From sequence record MK773491.1: a DNA stretch of 64,000 nt; one strand, given 5' to 3'. Every line of letters starts with the position of its first letter. The first letter of the stretch is position 1. The position numbers and the translations under genes were made by a program. Below, piece by piece: positions 28,291 through 37,342 of this stretch. The notes beneath the pieces are model-generated. The model had not been told where the DNA came from. It worked only from the letters and a program-made list of their open reading frames with translations, and did not search any database.

Positions 28291-31056
28291 ATGTCATCCA
28301 AAAGAGTAATAGGAAATGTTGAGATATTAGGAAATTTAACAATCAACGGAAAGTACGCAATGCGTACTTTCAATCATACAAATCCAGATCCTAATACTGG
28401 TATTATTACATATCCATTTTACACAAGAGGTGAAGTACAAGATATTTTAGATATGCTACCAATATCAAGAATTGGTGAAATGGATTATCTTCCAATTAAT
28501 ATTAGTGGTTCTTTTAGTGGGGCAACATCGTATGCTAACGTAAAAAGAATCCAACCAACTATTTTGGAAGATGATGGAACATTTGTAATTCTTCGTCCGG
28601 GTACGAATGGTAGCCAGTTTAATTTTTATTATGCATATGTTAGAAATATTAGAAATATTGAAAATTTATCACAATCTGATATAGTTCAAACTAATACGAT
28701 ATATAAACCATCATATATGTCTAGTACTCAGAAAATTGAACAATTTTATGGTACAAATGGATACGAACTATTATGGTACAAATTAAGTAATACAGCAGGT
28801 TCAGATTCATATTCAATTACATTAACTAATGGTTCATTTAACGAAGTTGGTCACCAAAGTGTTTTGATTCCCACTTCATCGTTTCCAAATTATGCACCAT
28901 CATATGCACATGTGGTTAATGGCATCGTATATATGTGGGGATATGATACATCACTTGGACAAGGTAGGGCTTTAGTACTTTATACTATTCCTGTTGACAG
29001 CATTCGTGCAGGTAATACAAATGGATTTGTTAAGGTTACTGGTTTTAATGGTTCATCTATTAGAGGTGAAGTATATACTAATTCAGACACTGCATTAATT
29101 TATACAAAATTTCAAAGTAGAAATGATACAGGTGATAATCTATTTGCTATTATGAGCAATTTGATAACAGGTGTAGATTATCATGAGTATGCAATTACCA
29201 ATGCTTTAGCATTTGTAAATCCAGAAGGTAATAAAATACGATTTGCTATGTTTCCAACATATCGATATGGTACAAATTATAATTTTAGTGATGTAAGAAC
29301 TTATTGTATTAGTATGGTATATGATATTAGTACTAAAACATTTACATATGATACACCATTAAGAAGTCCTATATCGATTGATGCAGAAATGCAAAATAGC
29401 TCATCAGTAAGATTTATTGAAAATAATCCTTACAAAGTTCAAAGTGTTGTTTGGCGTGGTTTTAATGAAACGTTAGGAAATTGTGGTACTATTTGTCAAG
29501 CCAACGATGGGTTTATGGTGGCGACACGTTCAAGATGGCCTAGTGATGCATCCTTTGGTATTTCATCTAGTAAAATAAATTTATTTACAAACCAATTCGA
29601 TTCAATTAATATGACTAATCGTGCTATTAGTTTCAATACCCAATTAAGAGCAAACCCAACATATGGGTCGGCGGTTGGTGAGAACTTAATTGGGCCACGA
29701 TTCATTAGTAAGTCTCGTATAATTTTAGCATGTTCCGGTACATATGATGGTGTTACATATCCTAGTTATGATACAGTAGCTATTGCAGATGTTGGTACTG
29801 ACACTAATTTTACATATGAATCTCTCACTCGTGGTACACTTCAAGGGTATGCACCACAATCCTATCGTAAGATTTTAGCTAATCCGGGTTCTAAATTTAA
29901 TGGTTTAGTTACTTTAGTTGATGAATCAGGTAATGTTGCTTCTCATAGTACTTCATTTTGGGGGTCTGGTGCAGGTAAAGATGCTGGTTTAAATATAAAC
30001 CCTGATACATTAGAATATGATGGTAATACCGTTTCAGTAGGCGATGGTGTAATGGGTGCATTACGCGATGCTATTATAGCAAAAGCAGCAATACCAACTG
30101 ATGCGTCAGCTACGATAGGTTTATATTATGTGCCAGATCAATCTTTTTCCAAAAGTTTTGGCGTAGTCATGATTCGTTATCCTGATAACACAGGTAAGTT
30201 CGTTGTTGCTGAAGTTGATGTTACAACAAGCACTTCCAACAATCATATTACAATAACAGGAGCAAGTGTTTATAGTACTAGAGTTTGGAATCGTCAAAAT
30301 ATTTCATCGGTTGGTTATGTAAATTTAGACCGTTATCCGGGAATATATGTAGGTAAGTATAATGGTTTTAACTACGTCAGTGTTCACAGTGTTGCACAAT
30401 TCGGTATTCCGGGTGATGCTCGAACGTATACAATGATAGGTAAAATAAAGAATGGTGTAATACAATCAAACTTCTTTAATGAATCATACTACTTAGATAC
30501 TTATGGTCTTGTAGGTGGGGTATTACCGGGAATTGGATTTGGGTATTACGACAACGGAAAAGCAAATGACTATCAAACTAAATCAGTATTCCAGTTGTAT
30601 GGAACAACTGAAGCACAAATGGATGCAATGATAGCAAGAACCGGAACCCCAATACGTGAAGTTGTTGTCATTTCTCAAGAAGTTCCTGAAGGTTTTGATG
30701 TATATTTCACACAAGAGTTACCAGTGTTTCTTGGTGGTTTATACTACAAATTACCAATTCAAACTATGAATTTAAGGTCTATTAAAGATAATCCAGCCAA
30801 TTCAACATTTTACATATACATAACAATGGATCGTTCAGAGAAAAAAGCCAGTTATGTTATCAGTGAATCATTGTTGGATGAGACCTTGACAAGAGTCTAT
30901 ATTGGTCGTATAATAACAGGAAACGTTGGTATTGATACAATTGAATCTGAAAAGGTTACTCGATTTTTAACATACCGTCCAAGTACTACAAAACGTGGTT
31001 CGGCAATACCAGCAAGTACTGGTGTCCCTTCAGGAACTGGAGCACGCTGGAAATAA
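28291..31056 (+). CDS. large virion structural / tail-fibre-like protein (paralog C, about 921 aa)
   Basis: LEDDGT.VILR.GTNGS, NPANSTF.IY and GF.VYFT.E.PV.L shared with A; start after AAGGA. Confidence 0.65.
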   Translation: MSSKRVIGNVEILGNLTINGKYAMRTFNHTNPDPNTGIITYPFYTRGEVQDILDMLPISRIGEMDYLPINISGSFSGATSYANVKRIQPTILEDDGTFVILRPGTNGSQFNFYYAYVRNIRNIENLSQSDIVQTNTIYKPSYMSSTQKIEQFYGTNGYELLWYKLSNTAGSDSYSITLTNGSFNEVGHQSVLIPTSSFPNYAPSYAHVVNGIVYMWGYDTSLGQGRALVLYTIPVDSIRAGNTNGFVKVTGFNGSSIRGEVYTNSDTALIYTKFQSRNDTGDNLFAIMSNLITGVDYHEYAITNALAFVNPEGNKIRFAMFPTYRYGTNYNFSDVRTYCISMVYDISTKTFTYDTPLRSPISIDAEMQNSSSVRFIENNPYKVQSVVWRGFNETLGNCGTICQANDGFMVATRSRWPSDASFGISSSKINLFTNQFDSINMTNRAISFNTQLRANPTYGSAVGENLIGPRFISKSRIILACSGTYDGVTYPSYDTVAIADVGTDTNFTYESLTRGTLQGYAPQSYRKILANPGSKFNGLVTLVDESGNVASHSTSFWGSGAGKDAGLNINPDTLEYDGNTVSVGDGVMGALRDAIIAKAAIPTDASATIGLYYVPDQSFSKSFGVVMIRYPDNTGKFVVAEVDVTTSTSNNHITITGASVYSTRVWNRQNISSVGYVNLDRYPGIYVGKYNGFNYVSVHSVAQFGIPGDARTYTMIGKIKNGVIQSNFFNESYYLDTYGLVGGVLPGIGFGYYDNGKANDYQTKSVFQLYGTTEAQMDAMIARTGTPIREVVVISQEVPEGFDVYFTQELPVFLGGLYYKLPIQTMNLRSIKDNPANSTFYIYITMDRSEKKASYVISESLLDETLTRVYIGRIITGNVGIDTIESEKVTRFLTYRPSTTKRGSAIPASTGVPSGTGARWK

Positions 31057-31062
31057 TCAATT

Positions 31063-31093
31063 TGAGGTTGTCTATTGACAGCCTCATTTTTTT
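31063..31093 (+). terminator. intrinsic terminator overlapping a sigma70-type promoter
   Basis: TGAGGTTGTC-TATT-GACAGCCTCA + T-run; TTGACA 31075-31080 with TATTAT 17 nt later. Confidence 0.7.
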
Positions 31094-31123
31094 CGTGTAT
31101 TATAATGTAAAAAAGGAGGGATT

Positions 31124-31699
31124 ATGGCAAAAGTGGTAAAACCTATCACACCCGAACAGGCATATTTCAAGACCATCACACTATCACAAATTCCAGAAAA
31201 TGAAGAATCTCAACTTTACACTTTGATGTGTGTGAAGAGTGTGGTCATGCTTAAAAAATTTGTCCAAAAATGGGGAGATTGTGGTCGCAAATTGTTGGTA
31301 GAGGTTAAGTACAAGTTGAGTAATTGTCCTTTAACATATCTCATGATTAGGGATCTAGTACAAGATACTGAAAGATGGGACATTCCTGATGCACCACAAT
31401 TTGGTTTCGTTCGTTATCGTTTTGTTGATACAAAAACCAAACATGATTTCACTCTTTACAATCACAGTCGTGGTATACCACGTGGATATTACCGTGAAGA
31501 GAATGAAAAATATTCCAAATATGATTCTGCATCTATTAAATTGTACTTCAATGGAGAACATGAAATGTTCAATGACAATGAAAAAGTTATTGTTGCCAAA
31601 GTACTAGATACACATGCAGCCATGCGTGAAAACTTAAAAGAGTTAAAGCGTCAACAAAAGATCATTAAAAGTACAGATACACTGAAGGGGCTATATTAA
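31124..31699 (+). CDS. hypothetical protein
   Basis: 191 aa ORF, AGGAGG upstream. Confidence 0.75.
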   Translation: MAKVVKPITPEQAYFKTITLSQIPENEESQLYTLMCVKSVVMLKKFVQKWGDCGRKLLVEVKYKLSNCPLTYLMIRDLVQDTERWDIPDAPQFGFVRYRFVDTKTKHDFTLYNHSRGIPRGYYREENEKYSKYDSASIKLYFNGEHEMFNDNEKVIVAKVLDTHAAMRENLKELKRQQKIIKSTDTLKGLY

Positions 31700-32319
31700 T
31701 GAGTTCAGTTACTGAAGTTCTTTCCAATATGATGTATTCAGATAACCCATTCGTTGTAAAAAAGATTTATGAATATGACGATGATACAAACGTAGATAAT
31801 ATTAGAAAGTGTGCAATAAACATTAAGTACTGGTATGCTTCTATGCCAGAGGAATGTAAGAGTATATTTCATAAAGTCATTGAGAATAAAACTTTTAGTA
31901 TTCATGAAGGTTATACTCAGATCGATCTAAGGAACATAACACACGATATTGGTCTTAGTGGTCTATATCCACGTTATGAGAATGGGCCTAAAAAAGCCAA
32001 GTCATATAGTGAAGCACTTAATGATAAAACTCTTTTATGTCCAGATACACCAGATTATAAAAAATTCATGCTTTATGATGACGATAATAACTTCTATTTC
32101 TTGGTTACTATGAGTAAGATTTCTTTAGCTAATGCAGATGGAAGTGATATTGTAGTACTCAATTCTGAACCGCGTCATGCATTACTTATCTATTGTGCTA
32201 TCCGTGGTGTTAAACTCATTGAAAATAATATCAGAGAATGGGAAGAAAAACAAAAAGAACTTGAATTAAAACGGCAAATCGCGGAGACATACAATGTTCG
32301 GAAAAAAGAAAAAGCATGA
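31699..32319 (+). CDS. hypothetical protein
   Basis: 206 aa ORF, TAATG coupling. Confidence 0.7.
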   Translation: MSSVTEVLSNMMYSDNPFVVKKIYEYDDDTNVDNIRKCAINIKYWYASMPEECKSIFHKVIENKTFSIHEGYTQIDLRNITHDIGLSGLYPRYENGPKKAKSYSEALNDKTLLCPDTPDYKKFMLYDDDNNFYFLVTMSKISLANADGSDIVVLNSEPRHALLIYCAIRGVKLIENNIREWEEKQKELELKRQIAETYNVRKKEKA

Positions 32320-32788
32320 GTATGATGATTACTTTTATGGTTTAGTTATTTCTAAAAGTAAAGCTCTACTAAAATATGTTCAGGAACATCCTGAAGGTTC
32401 GGATTATGCACGTAAACAGATAGTGGATGCTAAGTACAATATTTCTAAAGTTCATCCAGTACTTTATGGTTTGTACAAACGTGCATTGCATAAACCACGT
32501 ATCATTGGAACACAGCATCAAAAATTTCTAATTAATATAGATACTATTGGTATTATGTTTACAATATCAAATGGTAGTGATATTTTTACTTTACATTTCA
32601 ATAATGATAAAATTAAGGCCAACAATCATTATGAATTGACAAGTGACGAATTAAATGCTAAAGTCTTCTTGAGTATCTACAAAGCAATTGGTGTTAAAAA
32701 GGAAAATGCAGAAATGATTGATTTCAATATTCAAAGTAGATTGGTAATCAATTCATTAACCGAGAAATACACAAGGGATTATCCATGA
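32294..32788 (+). CDS. hypothetical protein
   Basis: 164 aa ORF, GGAG upstream. Confidence 0.7.
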   Translation: MFGKKKKHEYDDYFYGLVISKSKALLKYVQEHPEGSDYARKQIVDAKYNISKVHPVLYGLYKRALHKPRIIGTQHQKFLINIDTIGIMFTISNGSDIFTLHFNNDKIKANNHYELTSDELNAKVFLSIYKAIGVKKENAEMIDFNIQSRLVINSLTEKYTRDYP

Positions 32789-33093
32789 ATTATATTACAC
32801 CAGTACTTGTAAATCGTCACAAAGACGAGTTTGATATCTATATTGGTCGGGGTACAAAATGGGGAAATCCATTCCCAATAGATAAAGCTAAGGGTCATAC
32901 CCGGCAAGTTGTTGTTGAAATGTACAGGCAATATCTTTATGAAGGTTTGGAGAATGGGGCATTTGAAATTGAGGACTTCTTAGAGCTTTCGGGTAAAAGA
33001 ATTGGTTGTTCATGTGCACCTTTAGTTTGCCACGGTGATGTTATTATTGAAGTTTTCAATACTATTGTTGAGATGCTAAATGACACAAAATGA
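32785..33093 (+). CDS. DUF4326-family protein
   Basis: DIYIGRGTKWGNPF ... LSGKRIGCSCAP..CHGDVI. Confidence 0.8.
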   Translation: MNYITPVLVNRHKDEFDIYIGRGTKWGNPFPIDKAKGHTRQVVVEMYRQYLYEGLENGAFEIEDFLELSGKRIGCSCAPLVCHGDVIIEVFNTIVEMLNDTK

Positions 33094-33469
33094 TGTTTAT
33101 AGATTAATAAGGACAATTAAAAATTGCGAAAAGATTAAAGACGAGGATACGTTCTATAGTGTAGATGATAATCGTGTACTACTATTTGAGTATAGTCATA
33201 CTGAAAATAGTTCTTTAAATTTCGTTTGTCCTAAAGACGAAAACGGCGACTTCATATTAGTTGAAATAACAGAAGAAGGAACCGAATTTACTAAAATTTC
33301 CAATAATGGAAGCAAATATGATATAATCGATTTAAGTACTGAAGATAATTTCTTCCAAGAAAGTACAGTATTAGATTTAGGATTTACTTATGATGAATAC
33401 TGTTCTATCAGGATGGATTTTTTAAAGTACTATAATGGATTTCTAGATGGGATGACAATTTTTATATGA
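33080..33469 (+). CDS. hypothetical protein, EEExFQES paralog family
   Basis: STEDNFFQESTVLDL. Confidence 0.65.
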   Translation: MTQNDVYRLIRTIKNCEKIKDEDTFYSVDDNRVLLFEYSHTENSSLNFVCPKDENGDFILVEITEEGTEFTKISNNGSKYDIIDLSTEDNFFQESTVLDLGFTYDEYCSIRMDFLKYYNGFLDGMTIFI

Positions 33470-34707
33470 GTGATAATTTTCTAAAAGGCCAGATCGTAAA
33501 ACATTACGCTGGTTCACATGCATATGGAACTAGTACTCCAGAAAGTGATGTTGACTTTCGGGGTATTTTTCTAGCTGACAAGAAGTATATTCTAACACCT
33601 TTCTTCAATGTACGGGAAGTGAATGATCCAAATGAAGAAGATACTAAATTCTTTGAACTTAATCACTTCATGGAATTATGCGTAGATGCCAACCCAAACA
33701 TCCTAGAAACTCTATGGGTAGATGATAAAGATATCGTAATGCGTACTGAAATGTACGATCATCTTCGTTCTTATCGTGATGAATTTTTGAGTACTAAAAT
33801 TGCGTACACTTATACTGGTTATGCTCACAACCAAGCAACACGTATGAAAAACCATCATGGTTGGATGGCTAAAGAACAAACAGGTGAACGCAGATTACGT
33901 GATATTTTTGATAAGTATCCTTGCCAACAAGTAATTGATTGGATGTATAACTATTTCCCTGAATATGTAGTTGATCGTATCGACACGTCCAAAGGTAAAG
34001 GTGTATACATTAAAGGACTTATTGATTTTGATAAATTCCTTCGTGATAGTTCACTCCAGCTTATTAGTACTGTACCATTGGCACAGCACCACTTCGTGCG
34101 TTTAGTTCATAACTATTTGCCAGAAAAAGTACTAGATCGCGATTTCAATTTAGCAAATTTCAATTACGATCATGAATTGATTCATTACGGTGATAACATT
34201 TTTGCTGTTGTTCCTAAGAAAAATAGTAAACTATTGGTGGGTTTGGGTGATTTACTATGGGATAGCAAGAAAGAAAGAACTACAGAAGAATTAAAAGTAG
34301 TTCCTTCTCTAATTGTTAAATTCAACAAGAAAGAGTATGAAGAACTAAATGAAAACCGTAAGCATTACCATGAGTGGAAGAAGAATCGTAACAGTAAAAG
34401 ATCTGAATTGGAATCCATCAATGGTTATGATACAAAACATGCCATGCACGTAGTACGGTTGCTCCGCACAGCAGAAGAAGCATTAACAACAGGTCAAGTA
34501 CAAGTACGTAGACCAGATGCAGAAGAACTACTTGCCATCAGAAATGGGGCTTGGAGTTATGAAGAAATGATGAAGTACTTTAGTGATAAAGAGAAGTATA
34601 TCCGTGAAGTACTTGTAAAATCATCTCCATTACGCAAAAAAGCTGATATTAAAGTTGCAGCTAAAGTAATGGAAGAACTATATGAAATGTACTGGTATAA
34701 AAAGTGA
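33466..34707 (+). CDS. predicted nucleotidyltransferase (YcgL/RlaP-like, pol-beta superfamily) with central insertion
   Basis: GSHAYGTSTPESDVDFRGIF, ANPNILETL, YDTKHAMHVVRLL, RPDAEELLAIRNG. Confidence 0.8.
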   Translation: MSDNFLKGQIVKHYAGSHAYGTSTPESDVDFRGIFLADKKYILTPFFNVREVNDPNEEDTKFFELNHFMELCVDANPNILETLWVDDKDIVMRTEMYDHLRSYRDEFLSTKIAYTYTGYAHNQATRMKNHHGWMAKEQTGERRLRDIFDKYPCQQVIDWMYNYFPEYVVDRIDTSKGKGVYIKGLIDFDKFLRDSSLQLISTVPLAQHHFVRLVHNYLPEKVLDRDFNLANFNYDHELIHYGDNIFAVVPKKNSKLLVGLGDLLWDSKKERTTEELKVVPSLIVKFNKKEYEELNENRKHYHEWKKNRNSKRSELESINGYDTKHAMHVVRLLRTAEEALTTGQVQVRRPDAEELLAIRNGAWSYEEMMKYFSDKEKYIREVLVKSSPLRKKADIKVAAKVMEELYEMYWYKK

Positions 34708-34714
34708 GGTCAAA

Positions 34715-35143
34715 ATGAGTTATATTCAAGATTACAGAATGCACGTTAACGCAGCAAAAGAACTAGTGGAAAAGCACGGTAAAGAAATGGTACAATCATT
34801 CTTCGAAGACCTATTCAACACGTATCCCAACTTAGATATGGTTTTCATTTATGGTTATACCCCCGGCTTTAACGATGGTGAACCATGCTATCATATTCAA
34901 TATAATATAATCGATTCTGATGAAATCCAAGATTATGTATATGATTATATTGATGATTTGGATGAAGATATTGAAATTAACCATAAAATTTCCAATGAAC
35001 AAAGTCGCGAAATTGACAAGGAAATAGATAGTATTGATGGCCTACTAGAAGAAGAGTACGGTACTGATTGGTACATCCTAGTAAAACGTAACGAAGATGG
35101 TTCAGTTGAGCTACAAGATGGAGATTATGACTGTGGCTACTAA
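34715..35143 (+). CDS. acidic hypothetical protein (GYTPxxNDGExC pair, copy 1)
   Basis: GYTPGFNDGEPCYH ... YGTDW. Confidence 0.7.
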   Translation: MSYIQDYRMHVNAAKELVEKHGKEMVQSFFEDLFNTYPNLDMVFIYGYTPGFNDGEPCYHIQYNIIDSDEIQDYVYDYIDDLDEDIEINHKISNEQSREIDKEIDSIDGLLEEEYGTDWYILVKRNEDGSVELQDGDYDCGY

Positions 35144-35606
35144 TATTGATAAAGAACTAAAAGAAATTGGCAAAAAGCGAGATCAACAAATCGAATATAT
35201 AAAAGAGGATGCCCGTCAAAAGGGCATTCAATTAGTACAGCAATTCTTCCAAAGTCTATTTGCTGAAAATGAAAAACTAACTCACGTATATGTTACTGGT
35301 TATACTCCAGAATGGAATGACGGTGAAGAATGTGTACATGATACTCGTGTGTATATCTTCAATGATATTAAAGGTTGGAGTGAAATGGGTGATCTTCTAG
35401 AATGTCATCTAGGATGGGATTTGGGTGACGAAGAGAATCCTAACCCAGAATATGCAGCAATAAATGATGGCCTATCCAAGAGCCAATGCAATGATATTGA
35501 AGACCAAATTCCAGTACATGCAATGTCAGAAGCATTCGGTACTAACTGGATTGTAATTGCAACAAGAGACAACGTTACTATTCAGGAGTTTGAGGTTGGC
35601 TACTAA
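35127..35606 (+). CDS. acidic hypothetical protein (GYTPxxNDGExC pair, copy 2)
   Basis: GYTPEWNDGEECVH ... FGTNW. Confidence 0.7.
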   Translation: MTVATNIDKELKEIGKKRDQQIEYIKEDARQKGIQLVQQFFQSLFAENEKLTHVYVTGYTPEWNDGEECVHDTRVYIFNDIKGWSEMGDLLECHLGWDLGDEENPNPEYAAINDGLSKSQCNDIEDQIPVHAMSEAFGTNWIVIATRDNVTIQEFEVGY

Positions 35607-35631
35607 TCTAAATCCAAAAGGTAGTGTGTTG

Positions 35632-36153
35632 ATGAATGTGTTTCAATTTAAACCACCACAACATACTATCGAAGATTTAGTTCTAAAGTACGAAAAACCT
35701 TCTAAAGTACTTTCGTTAGCCGATGATTCATTAAAACCCTTGATTGAAAGAATGATGAAAGTAATGAAACATTTTGATGATAGGGAAGTTGTTATTGACT
35801 ATAAAGTACGTTCGTTGAAGTTGGGTGATAGTGGTAGTGGTATCTATGGCTATCACCTTGACTGCTGTAATGATATATGGGATGATTTTGAGCCAGAAAC
35901 GCATCTCATTTACAGTACTGTTATTGGGACTAAATTTATACTTGACGAGATCGATATTACGGGCTATAATACGATTCATGATGTGTTATCAAATATTTCT
36001 TTTGATGAATTTAATGCACCAGTAAATTGGGTACATAAGTACACTAGTAAAGTTCTTCACAGTTGTCCGATTGTGGAGAGTGATTGTCAACGCATATTAA
36101 TCCGTGCTACTGCGGGTTTTAAAGACAGGATAAAACATGCAAAGGGTAAATGA
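35632..36153 (+). CDS. 2OG-Fe(II) oxygenase-like protein
   Basis: YHLD (HxD), distal LHSCP and RILIR in double-stranded beta-helix order. Confidence 0.5.
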   Translation: MNVFQFKPPQHTIEDLVLKYEKPSKVLSLADDSLKPLIERMMKVMKHFDDREVVIDYKVRSLKLGDSGSGIYGYHLDCCNDIWDDFEPETHLIYSTVIGTKFILDEIDITGYNTIHDVLSNISFDEFNAPVNWVHKYTSKVLHSCPIVESDCQRILIRATAGFKDRIKHAKGK

Positions 36154-36565
36154 ACTAATTGAAGCAATTATGGAAATCTACTTCGAAGAAGTAGATACCG
36201 TTAAACGTTATATGATTCTTTCTGAATTGGAAAAATCTATCAAAGAAGCACGTTCAGTTACAATAGAACAGATTGAGAGTTTAGAACATTTTCGGGATAT
36301 AGTAGATAATAAAGTACCACTAGAGATGCCACAACTTCCAGATGACTATTTTCTAGAAAAAATGTCTGAGGTTGTTTCTAAAGTCGGTGGTAATAGAGTA
36401 TTATTGTCTAAGACCTTTAAAATTGGTGATCTAACAGAACTAGAAAACATCGATTCACTTGATGTAGTGGAAATTATCTTGGAATTCGAAGAAATTCTTG
36501 GAATTGATATTGATCTAGAGATCGATGATGACACAACCCTAGGTGATCTTCTAAATCTACGTTAA
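36137..36565 (+). CDS. protein with C-terminal acyl-carrier-protein-like domain
   Basis: IDSLDVVEIILEFEEILGIDI..TTLGDLL matches the ACP phosphopantetheine helix (DSLD.VE....EE). Confidence 0.7.
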   Translation: MQRVNELIEAIMEIYFEEVDTVKRYMILSELEKSIKEARSVTIEQIESLEHFRDIVDNKVPLEMPQLPDDYFLEKMSEVVSKVGGNRVLLSKTFKIGDLTELENIDSLDVVEIILEFEEILGIDIDLEIDDDTTLGDLLNLR

Positions 36566-36570
36566 AAAAT

Positions 36571-36595
36571 AACCCAGCCATGTGCTGGGTTTTTT
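36571..36595 (+). terminator. intrinsic terminator
   Basis: AACCCAGC-CATGT-GCTGGGTT + TTTT. Confidence 0.8.
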
Positions 36596-36641
36596 CATAT
36601 GTCCTCCTAAATAATTATACATTAACTAAGGAGGATATATG
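36596..36641 (+). promoter_or_regulatory. late promoter inside an SD/start-sequestering hairpin (spanins)
   Basis: CATATGTCCTCCT pairs with AGGAGGATATATG (13 bp, one GU); CTAAATA at 36607-36613. Confidence 0.7.
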
Positions 36642-36992
36642 GACTTTACCTTATTGCGTAAGTTTTGGAAACCTATTGCAGTATTAGTACTAGTAATCGG
36701 GTCATTTTGGGGTGGTTGGAAGGCTAATGAAGTATATCATGGCTATAAAGAAAATCTAGAAGCCAGAATTGAGAAGAAGTTTGATGAAGGTCTATCTAAG
36801 ATCCAAGCACAAGGTGCACAGAACTTAATAGATACACAAGAACTTCTCAAGAAAAATAAAGCGAAAATCATTGAAAAAGAAGTTCCTATTATTATTGAGA
36901 GAAAAGTATATCAGAATCCATCACTTGATCAGGATGGTGTGGAAGTACTAAGGAAGCTCAAGGAAGAATCTGCTAAAAAGAGGACGAAATAA
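36639..36992 (+). CDS. inner-membrane spanin (Rz-like)
   Basis: N-terminal TM helix, coiled-coil periplasmic region, IIEKEVPIIIERKVY; followed by a lipoprotein gene. Confidence 0.65.
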   Translation: MDFTLLRKFWKPIAVLVLVIGSFWGGWKANEVYHGYKENLEARIEKKFDEGLSKIQAQGAQNLIDTQELLKKNKAKIIEKEVPIIIERKVYQNPSLDQDGVEVLRKLKEESAKKRTK

Positions 36993-37330
36993 TGAGAAAA
37001 ATATTTCTAGCAATAATCACTGCTTTTGCTATAATATTTGCACTTACTGGATGTGCTGATAAAGTACGAGGTGATGTTAAGCCCATAATTGTACAAGAAT
37101 CTCTTCTAAAGAAGTGTACTTCTGATACACCACTACCAGAAAACCCAGCACGGGATGCTAATGGGAAAATTATGGTTGACGAAGAAGGTCGAGTACTGTA
37201 TGATGGTAAGGAAACGATGAGAGTACTCATCAAATGGGATGATATTTACACAGATTGTGCAACTACACATGATTCGTTAGTAGATACAATTCGTAAACTT
37301 CAAGAAACAAAAGAAATCCAAACCAAATAA
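36992..37330 (+). CDS. outer-membrane spanin lipoprotein (Rz1-like)
   Basis: lipobox ALTGC, LLKKC..PLP, DCATTHDSL. Confidence 0.65.
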   Translation: MRKIFLAIITAFAIIFALTGCADKVRGDVKPIIVQESLLKKCTSDTPLPENPARDANGKIMVDEEGRVLYDGKETMRVLIKWDDIYTDCATTHDSLVDTIRKLQETKEIQTK

Positions 37331-37342
37331 GAGGCGACTACT

